This document shows positions 1 through 8,989 of a stretch of DNA of 64,000 bases, piece by piece. Below the pieces are notes generated by a model. The model searched no databases. It saw only the letters and a program-made list of their open reading frames with translations, and was not told the DNA's origin. Origin of the DNA: an uncultured Candidatus Binatia bacterium (lineage in GTDB: Bacteria > Desulfobacterota > Binatia > Bin18); NCBI GenBank assembly GCA_965214605.1, contig OZ243961.1:3392001-3456000 (forward strand). The letters run 5' to 3'. The first letter of the stretch is position 1, and every line of letters starts with the position of its first letter. The position numbers and the translations under genes were made by a program.

Positions 1-1872
1 CCCGTCGCCTTGTGTCCTCTTCGATGCATCTGGTTGTGGAAGGGCTGCAGGAAGACCCTGAGCGAAGTTCCAGTTACACATGTTGTTGGTTACCCCTGAG
101 CGACCTGTAGCGTTGTATTGCATCAGCCACTGGCCGGTCAGGAAGGATTGCTGGACGCCGAACTGCCCGGGCAGGATGCGTGTCCAGCCCATGCCGGGGT
201 AGCTCATCAGGGACTGGATCAGGTCAAACCCGAACATGCTGCGCCACACGGCACCGCTGTTCAGGATCCGGCCCCGGCGCCGAGCGCGGGAGTTAGGATC
301 TGCCTCTCCGTTGATTGTCACGGTCTTTTTGTTCAGAGCTTCTTTGGTGCTGTAGCTCTGCTCTAGGCGGAACACTGCCCCGGTGTAGTCGAAGTCGTTG
401 TAGGTCATGGTAAAGCCGACCACATTCGAGTAGCGCCGCTGGTGGCTGAAACCGTTGGTGCAGTAGGTAACGTTTGGCCGGGCGGCGTGCCGCTGCCTCG
501 CTGCCCCGGTCGGGAGGCCGTTCTCGTCGAGATGGCGCTCTCCCCAGTTGTAGCCGAGCAGGTCGGTCCCGTGCAGGGCGCCAAAGAAGTTTCCATTAGT
601 CCGGCCGTTGCGGGCCACACCCTGTTTGCCGCTCTCTGACAGGCAGCGCAGCAACCCCTCACGAAAGCTACCGGCGGCCTCAACCGCTGTCCCGTCTATC
701 ATGCCGTCTCCATCCATGTCCGGCCCATACTGACTGAAGTCGCTGACAGTGTTCCCGTTGGCAAAGGTGTAGGGGATGTACATGTAGTTGAGGGAGAAGT
801 CGAGGTTGAAATAAGTGCTGCCGGTAAAGCGGACTCCGGCCGAATGCCAGTGACCTCGGCTGTGGTGATGCGAGTTGCCCTTGGGCAGGTTAACCACAAC
901 GCTCGTGCGGTCCATAGGCACGTCGGCCGCACACCGGGCGTTGGTCAAACACAGGAAGTCGACCGAGTCGGTTCTGGCGTTGTTGCCGGTGATCTGGAGC
1001 GACCAGGGATGGTCAGAACGCCGGCTGCCAATCCAGGCCGGTCGGTAGGGCAGCATGCGGATTGTTCCGTCGGACCCGACCGTTCCGCAGTCGTCGACAG
1101 ACCAGTCATAGTACATCCCGTCCTTTTCACAGCCGCGCACCTGAAACTGATTCCGCCAGCCATCTTCGAGTACCAAGTCAGTCGCACCAGTGCGGTATTT
1201 GGGGGTGTAGAATGCTTCCACACCTGCCCCCGAAATCCAGGTGCCGATGTTACCGATGTCGTAGAGAGCCTTGAGGGCCAGAATTGGGCTGCGAAATTCG
1301 TCGAATTTCTCACCCACCCCAAAGTTCTGGTCAATCCGTAATGGGTTGACAATATCAATAGAGCGGAACAGGTCAGACTCACCCCACACGATCTGATGAT
1401 ACCCCCAACGGGTGAACAGCTTGCCCGGCCCGATATAGCCGTGGTCAATATCGACGTACAAATCCCGAAAGCCATTCTCCGGCACCAGCCAGTTCTGGGT
1501 GTGCTCTTCGTCGTACAGGTCTTTGTAGTGGTCACGAATCACATAGACCGGATCAACCCGTGAACGCCAGCGGGCACTCAGCGAGGCGCTTTCCACTGTC
1601 GGCACCGGGATTTCGAATTTGCCGAAGAGCTTGCCCCGGCGGTAAAAATTGTCATAAGTCAGCCAGATAAAGCCTTCATTGCGCCACTGCACCCAGTCGA
1701 AATGGTCGCTGTCGGTCTGAAAAGTGTGACGCATGCGATACCAAGTCTGAAGCTCGATGTCTGGTGCTAAGCGGACCGAAGCCCAGGCGTCCGCGCCCCA
1801 GACAAGCAGTCCAAGGGTGCCTACTAGCACGCCGAGGACGAGACGTTGTCCCAGTGTTGTTATTCTTCTCAT
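1..1872 (-). CDS. DUF1302-family outer-membrane beta-barrel protein (3' end beyond window)
   Basis: Hand translation gives 624 open codons from ATG 1872 (RBS AAGGAGGG) to the window edge. Signal peptide MRRITTLGQRLVLGVLVGTLGLLVWGADAWA and family-like motif QIVWGESDLFRSIDIVNP. Absent from the ORF track because there is no stop in the window. Confidence 0.8.
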   Translation of the reverse strand, partial: MRRITTLGQRLVLGVLVGTLGLLVWGADAWASVRLAPDIELQTWYRMRHTFQTDSDHFDWVQWRNEGFIWLTYDNFYRRGKLFGKFEIPVPTVESASLSARWRSRVDPVYVIRDHYKDLYDEEHTQNWLVPENGFRDLYVDIDHGYIGPGKLFTRWGYHQIVWGESDLFRSIDIVNPLRIDQNFGVGEKFDEFRSPILALKALYDIGNIGTWISGAGVEAFYTPKYRTGATDLVLEDGWRNQFQVRGCEKDGMYYDWSVDDCGTVGSDGTIRMLPYRPAWIGSRRSDHPWSLQITGNNARTDSVDFLCLTNARCAADVPMDRTSVVVNLPKGNSHHHSRGHWHSAGVRFTGSTYFNLDFSLNYMYIPYTFANGNTVSDFSQYGPDMDGDGMIDGTAVEAAGSFREGLLRCLSESGKQGVARNGRTNGNFFGALHGTDLLGYNWGERHLDENGLPTGAARQRHAARPNVTYCTNGFSHQRRYSNVVGFTMTYNDFDYTGAVFRLEQSYSTKEALNKKTVTINGEADPNSRARRRGRILNSGAVWRSMFGFDLIQSLMSYPGMGWTRILPGQFGVQQSFLTGQWLMQYNATGRSGVTNNMCNWNFAQGLPAALPQPDASKRTQGDG

Positions 1873-2430
1873 CCTATACCCTCCTTGAGATCAGGTCTCT
1901 CATGCAAATGCCCTTTTCCTCCATCCTCTTCGCGCGCAGAGAAAATAGCCCTCCTGTAGCTGGGTACCTCCTTTCCTAGATGTGTGCATTCAGCAGGAAG
2001 AATACGCCTGCCCTCCTTCCGTTCGTGCGTGGCTAAGTTGTATCTCCTGCCTCTCAATTGTGAGAGATGCCTCCTGCGCTCTGGCCTTATACAGAAAAGC
2101 GTATCCTTGTGCAAGTTTCTCTCCTGCTTTTTATCCAAGCCGGAAAACAGGGGAATATCAGCGGAGCCCTCATGACCTAGCGGGAATTGGTAGTGTGCCG
2201 GCTTGCTCTGTCGCGGCTTAGGGAGCCTCCTCTACAAAACTCCTAGACAGCCGGTAAGGGCACTTCCGTGAGCTCACACACATCTCTGGGGTCTCTCCAA
2301 TTCCTCCATAGGTCAAGAATTTCAAGCGAGGGTGCAACATACTTCCCCCATGAAGCCTAATCCCCAGACTACATCTGATTCTGGGCTGGCAGCTTACGCT
2401 CATGATTATCCTTAATTGTTCTCCTTCCTC
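1873..2430 (-). promoter_or_regulatory. Long upstream/leader region with an array of AGGAG (SD/CsrA-like) motifs
   Basis: CTCCT on the + strand (AGGAG on -) at 1881, 1951, 1968, 2013, 2044, 2071, 2121, 2227, 2240 and 2421; none in the opposite orientation. Confidence 0.6.
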
Positions 2431-2685
2431 AATGCTCTCTCTGTCTCTTCACCGCGGCGGCGACGCGGACATGGCTCTGCCCCAGGCCGAGCGTCGGACA
2501 AGCGCTTGAGCTGGGCGGCTATGCACTGGTGGTGTCAATCAGATGCGTATGGACGGCGTTAAAGCAGTGGCGCAGTTCGTGCTGCTCAGTACGCAATCCG
2601 CCGAGTTCGGCACGTAGACCCTGCTCGCTGGCAAGGATGACACCGACTAATGACAAGCCCGGTCTCGTAAGCACTTCTTGCTGTT

Positions 2686-3225
2686 CTATGCGATCAAAGC
2701 TTCGCTAGGTGTTGATAACTCAGCCGACGCTGGGTCAGCCGGGCCGGGAGTGTAGAGGCCGGCTCGTTCGGCCAGTTGATTCAGGGTGGCGTTGATGTGC
2801 AAGACGATCTGCTGCGCCCGGAAAAGATCATTCGTGGCGTTGGAAAGCTGCACGTAGTCTTTGCGCTCGGTGGCATCAACCGCGGCCGCAAGGGCAAATT
2901 GATGCGCCCGCCAGCCTTCAATGTACTGCTGATGGATATTTAAGATCTGCGGGGTCCGGGGCTGATACCCCTCGAGTTCCCGAATATAGTCCTGGCTCAG
3001 ACCAATCAGCGGCCTCAGCACGTTAATCGTCAGATCATCATGGACAAACTGATCGCGACGGACCGTTTCGATGGCGGTATTCACGCGGTTCTCGGTCGGG
3101 AACCAGTTCCGTTTTTGTTCAAGATACTGCTTGAGGTCATCTTGGATGCTGTACTCTTGGGATGGCGAGCAGGCGCTCAACAGCACACAACACAGTACGA
3201 AAAAAGACACGGTTTTGTAAGGCAT
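2686..3225 (-). CDS. Hypothetical helical lipoprotein
   Basis: Lipobox VLLSA-C after a hydrophobic stretch; 15 bp downstream of the DUF4340 gene. Confidence 0.75.
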   Translation of the reverse strand: MPYKTVSFFVLCCVLLSACSPSQEYSIQDDLKQYLEQKRNWFPTENRVNTAIETVRRDQFVHDDLTINVLRPLIGLSQDYIRELEGYQPRTPQILNIHQQYIEGWRAHQFALAAAVDATERKDYVQLSNATNDLFRAQQIVLHINATLNQLAERAGLYTPGPADPASAELSTPSEALIA

Positions 3226-3240
3226 GGATGATAGCAAGGC

Positions 3241-3849
3241 TTAGTCTTGGGCAAGGGCTTGGCTTTCTGCTGTGTCCCGCGCCGGCTCGACGGCTTCAGG
3301 GCTGCCGTGTGTGGTCTCGGTGGCGGCTTCAAACAGCAGTTCTTCATAGTAGAACGCGCTATAGCCTAATAGCACCACCTCGGGGGATCCCTCTTTGCTT
3401 GCGTACACGGCGGTTGAGGTGGGGTTGCGGCCACCAATAAAAACGGTGGCCAAATCGCTCTCGGTCTTACCCTTGAGGATAATCGTGGCATGCGGAGGCT
3501 TGAGGCCATAGACGGCCGGATCGTCGGCCGCTTCCTCTACCACCTGGGTCTCTTGTTCCATGGTCAGGTTTTCAATCAGGCTCGTCACCAGCGATGAGGT
3601 AGCGTAGCCCCCCTGGGGTTCAACCACCTGCCAGCTGTCTCCGTCAAACAGACACCGAACCACCTGCCCGTCACGGTGGAGTTGAAGCTCTTGGATAGAC
3701 TCCCGTGAAAAGGGTAAAAAACGACTCTGGGTTGGCGCGTATTCTCTGAGGTGGGGCCTCTCACCGACTGGGTCCCACACAAAGGCAAAAAAATACACGC
3801 CAAACACGGCCGCCAGGCTGTAATAGACGCCAATTCGCAGCCAGCTCAT
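3241..3849 (-). CDS. DUF4340 domain protein
   Basis: N-terminal TM segment; motifs YGLKPP and IGGRNPTSTAVYA; ATGA overlap with the GldG-like gene, which is its usual position. Confidence 0.8.
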   Translation of the reverse strand: MSWLRIGVYYSLAAVFGVYFFAFVWDPVGERPHLREYAPTQSRFLPFSRESIQELQLHRDGQVVRCLFDGDSWQVVEPQGGYATSSLVTSLIENLTMEQETQVVEEAADDPAVYGLKPPHATIILKGKTESDLATVFIGGRNPTSTAVYASKEGSPEVVLLGYSAFYYEELLFEAATETTHGSPEAVEPARDTAESQALAQD

Positions 3850-5219
3850 CCGCGCTGCCTCCGCCACATGAACACGCCGATACCTATTAGCAGAAAGGAA
3901 CCCGGCAGGATGGCTGTGCTGACGAGGAGGATCCGCTGGCCTTGTTCATCGGTCAGGTAAAACTGTTTCTCTCCAGCTGGCTGTTTGGTAGCCCGTTCGC
4001 CAGTCTGACCGATGTCGTCGGCCAGCCAATTGACGGCGTTGATAAAGAGGTCCCGGTTGCCGCCCTGCTCAAGCAGACCGTTGTGGGCAAAGTCGACATC
4101 GCCAAAGACTATGATCCGGCCGGGACTTTCCCCCGGCTGCTCTCTATTGGCAAGAATGACTTCTCCGGCAATCGGGACAGGGCCGCGTAAGTCTCGGCCG
4201 ACAATAAACTGAATTTCGCGCTGGGCTGAGATACGCTGCTCGGCGCTGCCAAAGCCCGACCCTGAGGTTGCCAGAATAGGCGCCGCTCTGATGCCTTTGT
4301 CGAGGTCTTGGCGCACTTCAACGACCCGCGACAGGGAGAAGATCGGCGGAGCGTTAACCGCTTTGATCATATCGTGGGTGGTGGCGGTCCGTGAGGCCCG
4401 AAAGGTAATGGATTCCCCGGCATAGATCCGCTTTGAGGGATCGACAGCGATATAATCTAATGGGTAGACTCCGTATTGCTCCAGAAAGGAGTCAAGATTC
4501 GATGTACTGTTGGGATCGATCATCACAAACAGAGCGCCCCCCCGTTTCAAATAGGCGTCAAGGGCTTGCAGTTCAAAGGGCAGGAACGAATCCGTAGGGC
4601 CGAGCAGGACGATCACCGCGGCATCGTCCGGTACCCCGCCGGCGTCTACCAGCGAGATCTGTTTGGCAACGTAAAACTCGTCCGCCATGGCGCCCCGGAG
4701 TTTGGTGTAGCCGTCTTCGGGTTGAGGGTCGCTGAGATCTCCTTCGCCATGGCCGATCGTAAAATAGATAATCTTTTCCGCGCTGCGGGTGACGTGCAAC
4801 AGGGCTGCGATAACGTCGTTCTCACCGGAATGTAGGGAAGAATGGCGTCTGCGTCCGGCTGACTCAAACACAATTGTGCCATACCGGCGTGCGTCGTACT
4901 GTTGGGCCGTGGCCGGGCTGCGGTTCATGTCGACAATGGTATAGCGAAAGTGCTGGGACAGGCCGTCCATACGGCCTAGCATATCGGCCAGAAAAAAATT
5001 CTCGGGGCGGTCCGGATGGATAAAGGCGATGGCGTGGACATCTTGCTGCAAGTTCGATACCACATGCTGAGTGCGGGGGGCGAGAGTGAACTTCTTCTGC
5101 AGGGTGAGGTCGATCCGTTGGTTATAGTGGACGAGGACCGCTTGAATAGCGATCAACATGGCGAGAAATCCGACTGCTCCAATAAGGAGCTTGAGTGTGT
5201 TGCGTAGGTTGCTACTCAT
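3846..5219 (-). CDS. GldG-family ABC transporter auxiliary component
   Basis: Motifs RIDLT..KKFTL, IYFTIGHGE, IIVFGDVDF and GNRDLFINAVNWL; TM segments at both termini. Confidence 0.9.
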   Translation of the reverse strand: MSSNLRNTLKLLIGAVGFLAMLIAIQAVLVHYNQRIDLTLQKKFTLAPRTQHVVSNLQQDVHAIAFIHPDRPENFFLADMLGRMDGLSQHFRYTIVDMNRSPATAQQYDARRYGTIVFESAGRRRHSSLHSGENDVIAALLHVTRSAEKIIYFTIGHGEGDLSDPQPEDGYTKLRGAMADEFYVAKQISLVDAGGVPDDAAVIVLLGPTDSFLPFELQALDAYLKRGGALFVMIDPNSTSNLDSFLEQYGVYPLDYIAVDPSKRIYAGESITFRASRTATTHDMIKAVNAPPIFSLSRVVEVRQDLDKGIRAAPILATSGSGFGSAEQRISAQREIQFIVGRDLRGPVPIAGEVILANREQPGESPGRIIVFGDVDFAHNGLLEQGGNRDLFINAVNWLADDIGQTGERATKQPAGEKQFYLTDEQGQRILLVSTAILPGSFLLIGIGVFMWRRQRG

Positions 5220-5983
5220 CGGCGCCCCTTCCACTGGCGGGATTCGAGCGAACGGAGGGTCAAAAAGCTAAAGAACAGCACAAAGGCAAGGAAGAAGGTA
5301 ACCTCTTTGAGGTCAATAAATCCCTGGGCAAAACCCTGAAAATGGGTGACCATGGAGGTCTGGGATAACCAATACAGAAAGCCCTCGCGAGTGGCGCCCT
5401 CATTCCAGCTCAGGATCCAGAAGAACAGCAGCGTACACAGCGCGGCAAAGCCGGCCACCACCTGGTTGTCGGTCAGCGAGGAAATGAATAGGCCGCACGC
5501 GATGCAGGCCAGGGCAATGAGCACCAGTCCGCTATAGCCGGCCAGGACAAGCGTCCAGTTAAACGGCTGAACCCAGTAGACCAGAAGGGGATAGATCGCG
5601 GTAAAGGACAGCATGAACAGGGTGGCAAGGCTACAGGCGACGAATTTGCCCAGATACAACTCGGCGTCCCGCATCGGATAGGTCAGCAGAAGCTCAATCG
5701 TTCCCAGCCGTTTTTCTTCGGCGAACAACCGCATGGTCAAGAACGGAATCGCCAGCAGCAGCATCAGGCGGATATCGGTAAAAACGAGCTGCCAAAAATT
5801 TTCAATGATATTGAGGCCAAAACCGAACTGAACGTAGAAGATGAGGTCGGTATAAAAATAATAGCCGCTGACCAGCAGAAAGACTGCGGTGACAAGATAG
5901 ATAAACGGCGACAGAAAGTACGAGCGGAGTTCTTTGGCGACAATGGCCTGAAAATTTATCAAGAAGGTCCCTGCCTGTCCCAT
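5216..5983 (-). CDS. ABC-2 type permease (GldF-like)
   Basis: Motifs KELRSYFLSP and LTMRLFAEEKRLGTIELLLT; about 6 TM segments; ATGA overlap with the next gene. Confidence 0.9.
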   Translation of the reverse strand: MGQAGTFLINFQAIVAKELRSYFLSPFIYLVTAVFLLVSGYYFYTDLIFYVQFGFGLNIIENFWQLVFTDIRLMLLLAIPFLTMRLFAEEKRLGTIELLLTYPMRDAELYLGKFVACSLATLFMLSFTAIYPLLVYWVQPFNWTLVLAGYSGLVLIALACIACGLFISSLTDNQVVAGFAALCTLLFFWILSWNEGATREGFLYWLSQTSMVTHFQGFAQGFIDLKEVTFFLAFVLFFSFLTLRSLESRQWKGRR

Positions 5984-6036
5984 TTCCCGTCTCCTTCGGA
6001 GGCATCTATCCTGAACTGATCGCAGGATGTCGCCGG

Positions 6037-6996
6037 CTAGGCCGCTGAACGGTGTCCCTCTTTTGTCAGGCGCACAAATAATTCTTCTAAGCCGGCGGTG
6101 AGCGGATTGAGTTCGTGCAGGGACCAACCTCGGTTGACCACGAGCTTGGCGAGCTGGTGGCTGAGGGCGCGGTCTTGCGAGTGGACAAGAAAGAGCCGGC
6201 CCGGCTGTTCATCCTCCTCTTCCGGGGGGTCTTGAAGGATAACTTCACTCACTCCGGGCAGGGCTTTGAGCGCGTTTTGAACCTCCTGTACCGGACCTAC
6301 AATCCGCATCCGCGTCTGGGTGGCGGAGCGCAGTCGTTCACCGAGTCCCGCCGGGGTATCCTCGGCCAGGATTTGGCCTTTATCGATAATCACCACGCGG
6401 TGACACACCTGGGCGACTTCAGCCAGAATATGGCTCGATAGTAAAATGGTCGTTTTTCCGCCCAGACTCTTGATCAGCTGGCGCATATCGATCAGCTGAT
6501 GGGGATCAAGACCGATCGTGGGTTCGTCGAGAATCAAGACCTGGGGATCACACAGCAGGGCTTGGGCTAGGCCGACCCGCTGGCGATAGCCTTTTGATAA
6601 GGTGCCGATATGGCGACGGGCCATGTGACTGAGGCCACAGAGGTCGAGCACGCGCTCGACCTGCTTGTGCCGTTCCTTCCCAGCAGCCGTTTTCACTCGT
6701 ACGCAGAAGGCCAGAAAAGCACGGACCGTCATATCTGGATACAGCACGACATTTTCGGCCAAATAGCCGAGCTTGCGGCGCATCTCCAAAGACGCGGTTT
6801 CGACATCGTAGCCGGCCACCACAACCCGGCCCTCGGTCGGCGGGAAGAACCCGGTCAGAATGCGCATGAGTGTAGTTTTGCCCGAGCCGTTTGGGCCTAA
6901 CAACCCGACGATCTCTCCTTCTTGGACGTCGAAGGAAACCCGGTGCAAAGCCCGCACCTGACCGTAGTATTTGGTAATGTTATGGACTGCGATCAT
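6037..6996 (-). CDS. ABC transporter ATP-binding protein (GldA-like)
   Basis: Walker A GPNGSGKTT, signature LSKGY, Walker B LILDE, H-loop SSH. Confidence 0.93.
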   Translation of the reverse strand: MIAVHNITKYYGQVRALHRVSFDVQEGEIVGLLGPNGSGKTTLMRILTGFFPPTEGRVVVAGYDVETASLEMRRKLGYLAENVVLYPDMTVRAFLAFCVRVKTAAGKERHKQVERVLDLCGLSHMARRHIGTLSKGYRQRVGLAQALLCDPQVLILDEPTIGLDPHQLIDMRQLIKSLGGKTTILLSSHILAEVAQVCHRVVIIDKGQILAEDTPAGLGERLRSATQTRMRIVGPVQEVQNALKALPGVSEVILQDPPEEEDEQPGRLFLVHSQDRALSHQLAKLVVNRGWSLHELNPLTAGLEELFVRLTKEGHRSAA

Positions 6997-7023
6997 ACTG
7001 CCTTCTGCATCTCTGGGGCAGTC

Positions 7024-7389
7024 TTATTCGGCCGGGACTCGGGACGGGGCAGCCTTGAGTTGGTCGAGCTCGGTTTGCAGCTCTGCGGCTCTGTTCTCTG
7101 CCTGTTCAACTTGCCGTCTAAACGTGTCGGCGCGTCGGCTGAGCACGTCCCTGTCTTTGGTAACGGTTTTGAGATTTACTTCATATTCGGCGTTTTGTAG
7201 ACGCAGAATGCCGACTTCTCCGGGCAGGATTCCGGAGAAAAGGGCCGAGGTGAGTCCTAAGCGCTCAAACGCGATGCCAGCCAGGACTAGGGCAAGCCAT
7301 AAGACTCCGACGCCAACATAGCCCCAAGTAAGCTTGGCAAGTGATTCGTCTTCTATGCCCTGTTGTTCTTCTGTTTTTTCTTTCGCCAT
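7024..7389 (-). CDS. Hypothetical membrane-anchored coiled-coil protein
   Basis: ATG 7389 with RBS GAGAGGG; one TM segment followed by a heptad-rich C-terminus. Confidence 0.7.
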   Translation of the reverse strand: MAKEKTEEQQGIEDESLAKLTWGYVGVGVLWLALVLAGIAFERLGLTSALFSGILPGEVGILRLQNAEYEVNLKTVTKDRDVLSRRADTFRRQVEQAENRAAELQTELDQLKAAPSRVPAE

Positions 7390-7481
7390 AAGTCCCTCTC
7401 TATTATTGTGAAGATGAAGGATTACATAGCAAAGAACTGGAGAGGAGAAAAGGCGAGGGTCCTTATCTATGGGTCGCATGT

Positions 7482-7515
7482 CGGTGAACAAGGTGCCGAA
7501 GCACCTTGTTCACCG
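7482..7515 (-). terminator. Perfect 15-bp stem-loop (cUUCGg loop) after the DUF1329 gene
   Basis: CGGTGAACAAGGTGC-TTCG-GCACCTTGTTCACCG on the - strand; no U-tract follows. Confidence 0.7.
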
Positions 7516-7522
7516 CCGAACT

Positions 7523-8887
7523 TTAGCGAGCGCTACGGATCAGGAAGTTGACCGAGAACGCTTCTGGCGTGTTAATCGGAGTGGCCTCGTTGAAGTACCA
7601 TTCCTGGGTCCACTCATTCTTTGACCGGGCGTAGCCAGACGGTGCGTCCCACTTGGTCGAGTGGGCCAGCTGCACGTCAGCGCCCATCCCATGCGGGGTG
7701 AAGGCCCACACGTCTTGGTAGTCGTACTTGGCCCCTTCCAGTTTGTTGACCGGATAGCCCTTGTACGGAGTGCTCACGTAGTTGAACAGGTTGAACCAGA
7801 ACTTCCACAGCTCTCCACCCTGGTCATACATCTCGGCAAAGCTCATCCCCCAGAAGTCCTTGTCGATGTACATGATTCGCTTGGAGTAGGCATACTGGCT
7901 GTAGGCCGACGGAATCCCTTCGACCACATACACCGGCCGCCGCTCCCAAGGGACATTACAGGGGATGAAGGCCGTTATTCCAGTCGTGCCGTCAGGCTCT
8001 GCGCACCACACCTTGCGGGTGCCGTACAATCCAATGTGAACCGGGGCTAGGATGTCTTTTTCCGACAAGACCCGGAAGGTCCAGTAGGAGTGCTTGGAGT
8101 TGAACCCCCACAGCGAGTCCAGATCCATGTCCGTCCCCCAGAAGGCGTCACTGCGGTTGGCCACGCTGATGCGGCGCACCCGGCGTAACTCGGGCAGGTA
8201 CATGTAGGAGTCATCCGGGACGTCCATCCCCAGATAGCGATTGTTGAGCACCCCCGCCCCCTTAAGGTCGTTGGGGATAAACAGCGGTCCGAACTGCTCC
8301 GTATAGCGCATCGGCGGATTGTTCGCCACGACCGGCTTTGGATCGGTGTACAAACGACCCGTCCACATCATGCGCCGCCAGAACTGCGACCCGTAGGTCC
8401 GCTCCAGCTCCCCCTTGCTGTTGACGAGCTCGGTGATCCACTCGGTGCCCACATTGTCCACATACTGGGGCTTTTGTTCCTGGTTCCACATGACCTTGGC
8501 CCCGGCCAGCGGATCGTTGAGATCGATGTTGGGAAAGGGCACCCCGGACACATAGTTGAACATCTCCCGGCCGTCTGGGGAGATCTCAACCTGACCAGAG
8601 TATTTCTCGGTCGCCTCTTGGAAGAGGCGGGGCAGTGGGACCTTGATCGTCTTGATGACCCGGATCTCCATGCCTTCGTTGACGAACCACTGAATCCCGG
8701 GGATAAGCAGGTCGCCGGCCTCCGCCATATTATCTTTCGTAAATACCTCGCCGGTGTATTCGTGCTCAGGGCCGATACATTCGACTAGCGTACAATCGGA
8801 GTACGCTGCGTTGGCTGGATCTGCCGGACTGAACGCGCCAATGGCTAGTCCAGTACAGGCGATTCCAAAGAGTTGCTTCAGTTTCAT
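7523..8887 (-). CDS. DUF1329-family periplasmic protein
   Basis: Signal peptide MKLKQLFG..., motifs GVPFPNIDLNDPLAGAKVMWN, YLPELRRVRRIS, WERRPVYVVEG, YSKRIMYID and YDQGGELWK. Confidence 0.9.
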   Translation of the reverse strand: MKLKQLFGIACTGLAIGAFSPADPANAAYSDCTLVECIGPEHEYTGEVFTKDNMAEAGDLLIPGIQWFVNEGMEIRVIKTIKVPLPRLFQEATEKYSGQVEISPDGREMFNYVSGVPFPNIDLNDPLAGAKVMWNQEQKPQYVDNVGTEWITELVNSKGELERTYGSQFWRRMMWTGRLYTDPKPVVANNPPMRYTEQFGPLFIPNDLKGAGVLNNRYLGMDVPDDSYMYLPELRRVRRISVANRSDAFWGTDMDLDSLWGFNSKHSYWTFRVLSEKDILAPVHIGLYGTRKVWCAEPDGTTGITAFIPCNVPWERRPVYVVEGIPSAYSQYAYSKRIMYIDKDFWGMSFAEMYDQGGELWKFWFNLFNYVSTPYKGYPVNKLEGAKYDYQDVWAFTPHGMGADVQLAHSTKWDAPSGYARSKNEWTQEWYFNEATPINTPEAFSVNFLIRSAR

Positions 8888-8925
8888 AGTATTTCCTCCC
8901 TGTGAGACCGTAGTCTGCGTGAGAA

Positions 8926-8971
8926 TATAGTCTGCAACCACGACATGTTATAATCTGCAACCACAACATGT
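8926..8971. repeat. Tandem 23-bp direct repeat upstream of DUF1329
   Basis: TATAGTCTGCAACCACGACATGT followed directly by TATAATCTGCAACCACAACATGT (21/23 identical). Confidence 0.9.
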
Positions 8972-8989
8972 ACTGTTCACATCACTTCA

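Noticed and set aside
945-1535. Track ORFs in 118-1535
   Set aside because: Alternative frames overlapping the real DUF1302 CDS (1-1872, - strand).
1869-2138. 89-aa ORF spanning the AGGAG array, with its stop overlapping the DUF1302 ATG
   Set aside because: TTG start without an SD and no recognisable protein features; the purine-rich strand explains the lack of stops. Translation is not fully excluded.
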